From the NCBI RefSeq assembly GCF_030684315.1, contig NC_081361.1:32043861-32107860 (forward strand): DNA of 64,000 bases. Direction: 5' to 3'. Positions 54,490-64,000 of this stretch are shown piece after piece. This stretch comes from Stegostoma tigrinum (taxonomy: Eukaryota). The notes below the pieces were generated by a model. It was given only the letters and a program-made list of their open reading frames with translations. It had not been told where the DNA came from and did no database searches. Each line of letters opens with the position of its first letter. Positions within the stretch are counted from its first letter, which is position 1. Made by a program: the position numbers and the translations under genes.

Positions 54490-54719
54490 CTAAAGAGCAA
54501 ACAAAAAAAAACGAAAGCTGGTCACCCAAGCAAACAATTCTGTGTACAATCAAGATGTCACTATTCAAAAAGATCAAGAGTGATAAACTCAGAATGCTGC
54601 TTGAAAAGCTTCTTTCTAAAGAGCTGCAAAGGAAATTTCAGCTAAACAAATTTCCAGTATAGTATTTACTGTATCAGCAGTCACGTTCAGGGATAAAACA
54701 CTTAGGCTTATATCTCAGG

Positions 54720-56722
54720 CTATTATAATAATTGAATTATTCATGAGCAATGGCATGCAACAGATGCTCAACCCCGCAGTTTGAGAGGGAGAAGCCGAAA
54801 TCAGATGTAACGGTCTTACAACTGTGTAAAAGTAACTAGAAAAACCATGAGGGAGGAGCTGGACGGAGTTGATTGGAAGGGGAGCCAAGCAGGGAAGGTG
54901 ATGGAGCAGCAATGGCAAGGGTTTCTCGGGGTAATTCAGAAGACAGCCCAAAATTGTCTCAAGAAACACGAAGCATGCTAAGGGGAGGACAAGGTAACCC
55001 TGGTTGACAAGGGAAGCCAGGGATGCATAAAAGCAAAAGCATACAATGAGGTGAGGGTTACTGGGAAGCCAGAGAATTGAGAAACCTTTGAAAGCCAGCA
55101 GCAGATAAGTAAAAAAGCAATAAAGAGGGGGTTGATGGCTACAGTAGCTAGCAATATAAAGGAAGATTTCAAGCATTTTCATATATACAAAAGGTACAAG
55201 GGAGACAAGAGGGAACATTGGAAAACTGGAAAGTGAAGCTAGAGAAGTAGTAAGAAGTAGTAGAATAACGAAATGGTGAAGAAATTAATAGGTAGCTTGC
55301 ATCAATTTTCAAGCTGGAACACACCAACAACACACCAGGCTCTCAAGACAGTCAGGAGTCAGAGGCGAATGCAGCAGCTATCACTAAGGAGAAGGCGCTG
55401 GCGAAGCAGAAGGATCTGAAGATAGCCAGATTCCCATTATACATTAATGATCTGGACGAAGGAACCAAGGACATTGTTACTCAGTTTGCAGATGACAAAG
55501 ATAGGTGGGGGGAACAGGTAGTGTTGAGGAAGCGGGATGCTGCAGAAAGACTTTGGACTCTGGGAGTGAGCAAAGAAATGGCAGATTGAATACAGTGTGG
55601 GAAAGTGCAAGGTTACGTACTTCGGTAAGAAGTCTAGAGGCGTAGACTATTTTCTAAATGGGGAATGAAATCAAAAAGCACAAAGGGACTTAGAAGTCAT
55701 TGTTCAATATTCTCAAGGTTACCATGCAGGTTCAATTAGCAGTTAGGAAGGGAAATGCAATGTGAACATGCATCACAAGAGGGCTAGAATACAAGAACAG
55801 AGATGTACTGCTGAGGCTATACAAGGCTCTAATCAGACTGCATTTGGAATATTGTCAGCAGTTTTGGGCCCTGTATCTAAGGAAAAATGTGTTGGCCTTA
55901 GAGTGGGTCCAGAGAAGGTTCAGAAGAATAATCCTGGGAATGAAGGACTTGTCATACAGCAACAGTTGAGGACTCTGGGTCCGTACTCAATGGAATTTAG
56001 AAGGTTAACGGGGGATCTCATTAAAACTTATAGAACAATGGGATACCCGGTTAGATGCTGGATGTCGAGGACACTCACCAGTAATACAGACTAGGATCTG
56101 AAAGCACATTCTCAGAATGAGCGGGCAACTCTTTAGAATGGAAATGAGGAGGAATTTCTTCAGCCAGAGCGTGGTGAATCTGTGGCAATGATTGCTGCAG
56201 ATGGGCTGTGTATTTAAGGCAGAAATAGATAGGTTCTTGTTTTCTTTATTCATTAATGGGATGAGGACGTTGCTGGCTAGGCAGCATTCATTGCCCACCC
56301 CAAATTGCCCGGAGGGCAGTTCAGAGTCAGCCAAATTTCTGTGGGTCTGAAATCATGCCAGGCCAGGTCGGGATGGCAGTTTCCTTCCCTAAGGGATATT
56401 AGTGAACCAGATGGGCTTTTCCCGACAAGTGACCATGGATTTATGGTCATCAGTAGACTCTTAATTCCAGATAATTATATTGAATTCAAATTTCACCATC
56501 TGCCATGGTGGGATTCAAACCCGTTTCTCCAGAACATTATCTGGGTCTCTGTATTAACAGTCCAGCGATAATACCACTAGGCCATTGCCTCCCCCAGAGT
56601 TAGTAAAGGTGATTAAGAGTGACAGGGAAAATGGGGTTGTAAAACATATCAGCCATGATCAAATGACGGAGTAGATTTGATGGACCATACAGCCTAATTT
56701 TGCTTCTATAATTTATGCTGTT
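54720..56722 (+). mobile_element. CR1 LINE fragments with a nested SINE
   Basis: YINDLDEG, QFADD, RRLTGDLIKTY. Confidence 0.8.
56245..56593 (-). mobile_element. Second tRNA-derived SINE family, sharing its 3' tail with the LINE at 1-910
   Basis: Head ggaggcaatggcctagtggtattatc...gggtttgaatcccacc; tail gggcaatgaatgctgcctagccagcaacgtcctcatccc. Decayed relatives at about 50230-50560 (-) and 44080-44625 (+). Confidence 0.75.
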
Positions 56723-58803
56723 ATGATCAAGTTGCTACTACTCATTCAATCTGCCAACAAACCTGTGAGAAGAGCTGTGAAATGTCACCAAAATGGAAAT
56801 TGCACTTTTAATGTGCATTTTATTCTTCGATGCATGCACGCTGGCTACCACTGTAGCTGCTTAAATTCAGATGATCGAAGCGGCTTCTCTCAGAAATGAA
56901 ATAAGGAAAATAATAAGTCAGAATTAGGATGGGAATGTCAAAATACTGGAAACAATACTATTTGGGGTGTTCCCACTCTCAAAACAGGTCAGTGAGAAAG
57001 AGAGAGGTTGAGGGCCTACTAAGGAAATTTTGGCATATTGAAAGTTTTGCTACAACATGATAAGACAAAATGCACAAAATGTCAGAAAAATGGAATATGA
57101 CAAATGGGTGCTATGAAAATGCAGAGAACTTGCAACGTAGAATCGACTGGCCAAGATGTGTGGAAGTAAACCCCAACTTATTACAGAATGAGATGCATGC
57201 AGTATAGACAAGGAGAATATTATAGAGAATTAAGGTTGAAGGTATGCAGCTGAATACACCAATAACAAGTCTCAAGAACGTTAACACCGTTCAAGTCATT
57301 GCAATTTTCTCGACTGATCTCCCACGCTGCTAAAATTGGCATGCATCCCCATTACCACTGGGGTGTTGTAGCTCCACGACACACAACATACAGAATATAT
57401 GACAATAACCTACCATGGTGACTCCAGTCGTGCCTCGCTTCTGTGAATGCTGTCACAGAGAAGGTTAATATTGCAGGAACAACATCACTTCAAGTTACAC
57501 ATCATCCCAACGACTGACGTTGTTAGAATTTCAGAATTCCCTACATAGCATTATCACAGACATACTGTTCTAGACGCTATGAACGTTCAAGGTAGTTTAG
57601 TAGCACTTCCACCACCTCACGACAACCAGAGATTAGTTTCATGGACCTTAGCAACATCCCCCACATTCTGGGAACCTATTCCTTCCAATTAATTTTACTT
57701 AATTTCAACTGTGTATGCATGAAGATATTCAGGCATTTTTGGTCATGCGTTACTAATCCAGTCACAGTTACTACGCCACTGAACATGAAGGGAAAAGCAG
57801 CAGTTCATTTTGGATAGTGGTGAAAGAAGATTCCATCCTATCTATAACTAACATCACTGCAACAATTCAATACCAAATAATATTCAGCAATGCCACTTGA
57901 GTTTTATCTTCCCTCTTTTGATGTCAAAGCAAAATACTCACACTGACTCTTAGCTTCTCTGCGATTCAAAGTTACATCCTAAGTGAAGGTATTTCAGAAC
58001 ATTACCTCACCATATTCATAAAAGATCATTTTCCCAAGGGAAAAAAAGACCATTTTACAAACTAACAACCTTGTGATACAATCAATACAATGTTTAAACA
58101 TTGATGCAATTCCTCAGCAAAATGGAAAATCTTCATGTTCACTCCTTTAACTAATATTAATCTTCCCGCTTCCCTCCCTTTGGGAGAAAAATAATTCTCA
58201 GGGAATCAGTTTTCAAATTTACAATCTGTCTGTTAAATGGGGAAGATGAAATATCAGTCACTTTCCCATATCAAGATACCAGCCTCTCAATAAGCTTCTT
58301 CTTGCCCTTTGGAGAATCAACATTCGGGGGATTGTGAATTGTTAAGATAAACGTGTAAAAGCAAACACCTCACATATTTATCTGAAAAACATTATTGCTG
58401 CCAAGTAAGATTGTAGTTGGCCTTCACCCCAGTGCTCATTAACTTGCATTGGCTCAATTTTAAAATCCTTATTTTCATGTTTGAAATCTCCGATATCCTC
58501 CTTCCTTCCCATCTCTAAACTCCTACAGCCCAACCACCATCCAAAAACTTTGCATTTCTTTCTCGCTGGCCTCTTGTCCTAGCCTGGGCCCCATTCATCA
58601 CCGCCACCTCTACAATTTCTCCCAACTATTAGCAGCAATTCCTTCAACAGATAGTTCTAAGCACTGAAATTCCCTTCCTTAAATTCTGCACTTCCACGGG
58701 GCCTCTGTTTTATCTATGTGAACTGCATTTCCTACATTTCAAAAGTGTTATGTCAATGAAAATTGTTGCATATTCTACAACACCCTTTATGTTTGCTCCT
58801 CAC

Positions 58804-58983
58804 CCGCAAGTAAACCACGTCTTTTACGAAGGAGAACCAAGCCAGCTATCATGGCTCGATGATGATCACAGCACAGGTAGCTTTTGTCAACAGTCTGGCC
58901 ACATTTGGGATTTGAATTCTTCTCAGCATCTGAACATGGCCTTCCCTTCCTCTTGTCTTTCTTTTTCTTTCTCTGTGATGAAA
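58804..58983 (-). CDS. METTL13: METTL13 internal exon (about exon 5)
   Basis: SSQRKKKKDKRK...VDKSYLCCDHHRAMIAGLVLLR; acceptor cacaatag|TT, donor GCGG|gtgagg; 180 nt, phase 1 to 1, in frame with both neighbours. Confidence 0.93.
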
Positions 58984-59749
58984 CTATTGTGGGGTTAAAA
59001 AGAAACATATGAAAATTTTTGGAAAATGTAGCCACACACAAGGTTCGCCTTGTGGGCCCGTATTTACTATCAGATAGTGAAAGTGTGCATGTGTGTGCAT
59101 GCAGCTTATGTATTGACACATTGACATACTGGGCTACTAAGAGGAAATGACACAGCCTGGCACCAGAGAATAGCCACGTCCATCCCAAGTACATGACCAC
59201 CCATCGGGGAAAGATTCACCCTATTCAGTCAGAGAAAAGTTCACAAACTGGGAGGGAGCTCAAAGTTGGAAAATATTTGTGAAACACTCCAACCCACGTA
59301 CACTGTAGCAAAAAAGAATCCACTGACAATAGTGTAGCTAAATTGTTCGGCAGGATGCCATTAATCTGTGGTCTGATCAAGGTAATTTTACCAATAAATG
59401 TGCAAGGGTATTATTTTTGGGGAAAAAAAAGGGTATTTTTGCATACACGTATTATGCAGACATTAATGGATCCTCTATCTGCTTTTCCCATGTCACATGG
59501 GCATCACCACAATGCCAGTTGATCATCTAAATCAACACTAATTTTTGGGTTTGGCAGGTGGCCTTTCCTGCCACTTGCCTTCCCAATTTCTCCACGCCGA
59601 GGACTGGCACTATACACTGGCTTCCCTACACTAGCAATTGTATTCTTCTGTAGCAGGCCCACAACCCCAGGACTTTCTGGTTCAAGGGCAAGAGACTTCC
59701 CACTTAGCCACCCCAACTCTTACAAAACAGATACTGCTAGATGTAAAAA

Positions 59750-60270
59750 AAAGTTTTCCCTCTTGAACACCAACTGGCCACCAAGAGACATGACCAATTC
59801 TCACTGGTCTCAAAACACCGGGACAAAGGAGGACATGAATTCAACTGGGACAATGCATCCATAATAGCATGAGCCAACAGAGACATGCCAGGGAATTCCT
59901 GGAGGCCTGGCATTCCAACTGGAACTCCACAACCAAGCACATTGAACTGGACCTGATATACCAACCACTGAAAAACAGAAACGCAAGTGATGCCAACCAC
60001 CACAGCAAACCGAGAGATATGAATAACAACCGGGACAGAACACCAACACTTCATTGGAGGCGCACTGACAATGTTACCTAGCAGGGTAACGAAACGTCTG
60101 CAGAAAAACAGAAACGCAAGTGATGCCAACCACCACAGCAAACCGAGAGATATGAATAACAACCGGGACAGAACACCAACACTTCATTGGAGGCGCACTG
60201 ACAATGTTACCTAGCAGGGTAACGAAACGTCTGCAACCAAACACAATGGCTCAGCAAGCAAGTCTACGAC
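59750..60270 (+). mobile_element. Distinct PLE family 3' end (endonuclease C-terminus) with a perfect 133-bp tandem duplication
   Basis: HEFNWDNASII/QRHAREFLEAWHS...KHIELDLIYQPL; 59970-60102 is identical to 60103-60235, and each copy ends in a hammerhead-like motif. Confidence 0.8.
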
Positions 60271-60429
60271 CTCGTGGTCTTCTATTAGTTAGCCAAATCT
60301 TTATTCATGATAATACACGATCCCAAACACATGTGCTTAATGAAGTGTGGTCCCTTATCAAGTGCCTTTTGAAAATCCAAATACACTACATCTACCCTAT
60401 TCATTTTTATCTCCCTTGCTTGTTACCTC

Positions 60430-60722
60430 AGAATCCCTACAGTGTGGAAACAGGCCCTTCGGCCCAACAAGTCTACACCAACCCTCAGAGCATCCCACCC
60501 AGACCCATCCCCCTAATAACCCAATTAACCCACACATCCCTCAACACTACAGGCAATTTAGCACGGCCAATCCACCTGGCATGCACATCTTTGGAGTGTG
60601 GGAGGAAACCCATGCAGATAAGGGGAGAATGTGCCAACTCTACATAGACAGTTGCCCAAGAGTAGAATCGAACCCAGGTCCTGAGAGGCAGCAGTGCCAG
60701 CCACTGAGCCACCGTGCCGCCC
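60430..60722 (-). mobile_element. HE1-like SINE
   Basis: Head gggcggcacggtggctcagtgg on the minus strand plus core and tail. Confidence 0.88.
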
Positions 60723-61497
60723 CACTTCCTCAAAGAACTGTAATAAGCTTGTCAGATATGATGTCCCCTCTGAGGTCAGGCTGACTCCGCCTGATATAGT
60801 GTGTTTTTCTAACGCTCTGGCTTTGACACCCTTTATAACAGACTCTAATATTTTCCCAATAACAGACGTTAAACTAACTGGATTATAGTTACCTGTTGTC
60901 GTTCCCTTTTTGATTAAGGGTGGTTCACTAGTTTTCCAATCTTCTGGGGTTTTTTTTGCTTTCTTGGAAGATTATTACGAGTGCATTCCCTACACCTCTT
61001 GATACATCCTTTAATTTTATCAGATGAAATCCATCAGATTCGAGGGACTTATTGGCTTTTGGCCCCTTCAGCTTCACTACTACTTCCTCTCTTGTGAAAA
61101 TTAGTGTTTATTTCCTTCCATTACCTCCTGGCTTATTCACTGACCTACAAAACAGCTATCATTAAGGGGCTAACAGACTCCACCCACTCCTTCCCCTTGT
61201 TATTTCTTACCTCCACCCATATGGATTCGATGTCATCCAATCCAAGGTCATTTCCTGGTAATGTGCTAATTCCATCTAATTATAGCAAGATCACACCACC
61301 CTTCCCTTCCTGCCTATCCTCTTGGAAAGTCACGTACCCATGAATATGTAGTTCCTAGCTTTGATCCACTTGCAATCGTGTCTCCGTAAGTGCTATAAGA
61401 TCGTGCACATTAACATTTATTTGTGCCATGAATTCATTTTCTTTTCCATATAAAACGTGCGTTTGAGTGAAAGCACAGATAAACGTTCAAGCAATAC

Positions 61498-61693
61498 CTG
61501 ACTCTGAGATGCTGTGTAATAGTTTAGCCTCTGACTGCACCACATTGATGTTACTGAGGAATATGAGATGCCGGAAATAGTCGCCGTCTTCTCCTTTGAT
61601 GTCTTCGATGATATATTCTCCACTCATATCGCTTGTACCATGATGCTGGACAGTGCGAATCCCTATATCTCCCCCAACCGAAAGAAATGGCAC
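61498..61693 (-). CDS. METTL13: METTL13/eEF1A-KNMT internal exon (about human exon 4)
   Basis: VPFLSVGGDIGIRTVQH...YFRHLIFLSNINVVQSEAKLL; acceptor ttttcgcacag|GTG, donor TCAG|gtattg; 196 nt, phase 0 to 1. Confidence 0.95.
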
Positions 61694-62129
61694 CTGTGCG
61701 AAAACAAGAGTCAATTCTGTTCAAGGGAAATGCTAACTGCTCAAGCTGCTCATTCTCCAGGGGAGAAATGCAAACCCACCGCCACATTCAAGGAACATTC
61801 ACTGTGTCGGACAAAGTGAAAGAGCGTGATCCATCAGCTTGTTAAATTGCAAAAATTATTTCCAAATCGTAAAGGATAATTTGAGACAGGATGTCTGAAA
61901 ATGCCTCAAACAAATCTTCTAAATAAAAGCACAATGATCACACACAGTAGGTCCCTAGCACTTTTCATAATGACAACTTATATTTCTATCAAAGCCATAA
62001 TGCAATGAAGCATCCAAAGATTTTCAGAAGACCACTTCACTGGGCAGTTGCAGAGTTATTATAATCAAAAGCTTGGTCAGAAGCATGTTTTAAGGAGAGT
62101 CTTAAAGGAGGGAAGCAAGTGGTCAGCCA

Positions 62130-62380
62130 TGGTTCAGTTGACAGCAAACCTACCTCTGAATTACAACATTGTGGGTTTAAGCCCATTGCAGAATTTGAGC
62201 ACAGAAATCAAGACTACTGTTCCAGTTCAAGGCTCAACACTGCACCATCATCTTACAGATGAGGCATTAAACCAAGGCCTCTTCTGTGTCCTCGGGTATA
62301 CGTTAAAGATTCCATGACACTACTTCAAACAGCAGAGGAAACACCACTTGGTGTCCAAGTCAAGGTTTACCTTGTGCACT
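62130..62380 (+). mobile_element. Old Deu-domain-like SINE fragment
   Basis: cagatgaggcattaaaccaaggcc...gttaaagattccatgacacta core. Confidence 0.55.
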
Positions 62381-62871
62381 CTTGTAAAAGTCAATATTGA
62401 CCACGGTTTCTCAAAAACTAAACCAACTGCAATTATTACTCACCAATAACTGCACAGCTTGGCCCATTGCAGCCATAAACAATGGTGGAACAAGTAAAAT
62501 TGCAGGTGACCAAGCAGTCAGAATTAGAGGATCATAGATATCTGGGAGGGTCATGGGGATGGTAAAGCCACGAACATAATTTTACAATCAATACAAATCA
62601 ACGAGCAGTGATTGGGGCATGGGACTTGCTGAGAGTTAAGAACTGGATGGCCTCAGGTTTAAAGTGGGTAGAATATGGGAGACCATCCAGGTGTGTATTA
62701 AAATAGTCACGTCAAGAGGTAACAAAGTCATGAATCAAGCTTCCAGCAGCAGATATACTGACACGGGGGAAAAAAAAAGAGGTCAGGTAATGATATGGAA
62801 ATAGACAATCAAAATAAAAAGTCACTCAATTTCCAGGTCATCATAGTTAAAGTTAAATAAAGGTGTTAGTA

Positions 62872-63108
62872 ACAGGAACAAAAACAAAGTTGCCAGAAAA
62901 GCCCAGTAGGTCTGGCAGCATCTGTCAAGGAAAATACAGAGTTAACGTTTCAGGTCTGGTGACCCTTCCAGTTCTGAAGAAGGGCCACCAGACCCGAAAC
63001 GTTTATCCCGTTTTTCCCTTCACAGATGCTGCCAGACAGACCTGCTGGGCTGTTCCTGCAACTTTGTTTCTGTTCCCGATTTACATCATCTGCAGTTCTT
63101 TTGGTTTT
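62872..63108. mobile_element. Palindromic PLE-end insertion (third subfamily) with imperfect 14-bp TSD
   Basis: taaaggtgttagta (62858-62871) vs taaaggtattaata (63109-63122); motif gttctgaagaagggccaccagacccgaaacgtt, mirrored in the left arm. Confidence 0.8.
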
Positions 63109-63251
63109 TAAAGGTATTAATACTCTGTTTCTGTGCAGCTTGACTCTATTTTTTTGCCCACTTGGACCTTCGGCAGCAATCCTGCCAAAGGTGAGTAAAC
63201 CACGACAAGTCTGTCAATTTCAGACCATCGTTGTGTCCACGAAGTCCGATA

Positions 63252-63680
63252 TTAGAGTCACACAGATGTACAGCACAGAAACAGACCCTTCAGTCCAACT
63301 TGTCCGTGCCAAGCAAACATCCTAAATTAATCTAGTCTCATTTGCCAGCTTTTGGCCCATATTGCTCTAAACCTCTCCTATTCACCAGTCCATCCAGATG
63401 TCTTTTAAATATTGTAATTGGATCCACCTCTACCACTTACTCTGGCAGCTCATTCCACACACCCACCACCATCTGCGTGAAAAAGTCGCCCCTTGAGTCC
63501 CTTTTAAATCTTCCCCCTCTCTCCTTAAACTCACGCCCTCTAGTTTTGGACTGCCCTCTCACCCTATCCATGCCTCAGCCTACTTAGCCTCTCCCTCTAA
63601 CCCCGGCAACATCCTTGTCAATCTTTTTTGCACCCTTTCAAGTTTCACAACTGCTTTCTTTTAGCAGGGAGACCAGAATC
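63252..63680 (-). mobile_element. CR1/HER1 3' end
   Basis: Reverse strand gives VWNELPE.VVE and the tail. Confidence 0.82.
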
Positions 63681-64000
63681 ATCAAGCATTGCTTTGACTC
63701 TGCTGTGGTGAAGTAATTCTCAAATCACGAACTTAAGTTTATATCTTGGTGCTCTTTAACTACCAGTACCAATTAGATGAATGAACCACATGTAACATTA
63801 ACCACAGCTTCTGCCGAGCGGAGATAGACGGTGTCGGACTCCCCAGTTCAGTCTCTCTCACCCTCACGTGAGGAATATTGCCTATGAATGAGGAGAACTC
63901 CCCAATGGGAAGGAGGAAAGTAGATGAAAAGTTCTGCTCGAATACACAGAAAATAAAAATTTAAAATATGAATGCAAACTTAAGAACTCCAAAGTCTTTG

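Overview
Vertebrate genomic DNA, very likely from a cartilaginous fish (shark): it is full of HE1-type tRNA-derived SINEs, CR1/HER1-type LINEs and Deu-domain-like SINEs. Two minus-strand host genes are present. The last five coding exons of METTL13 (eEF1A-KNMT; 61693-48092) are followed about 5.8 kb downstream by exon 1 of a classical dynamin (42249-42089), called DNM3 from METTL13-DNM3 synteny. Bases 1-42088 appear to be its first intron; I could not find exon 2. A 20-bp G-rich minisatellite sits just upstream of the dynamin start. The most interesting signal is a set of at least eight Penelope-like element (PLE) 3'-end insertions from 3-4 subfamilies. Each carries a minimal hammerhead-ribozyme-like motif (CTGA[T/A]GA-stem-GAAACGT[C/T]) with covarying stems. 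Seven have 10-17 bp target-site duplications (TSDs) and six are fold-back palindromes (about 110 bp to 1.35 kb). Two carry tandem motif-containing units (520 bp and 133 bp periods). Most short ORFs in the track are TE remnants or chance ORFs. All coordinates were read by eye; TE boundaries are approximate.
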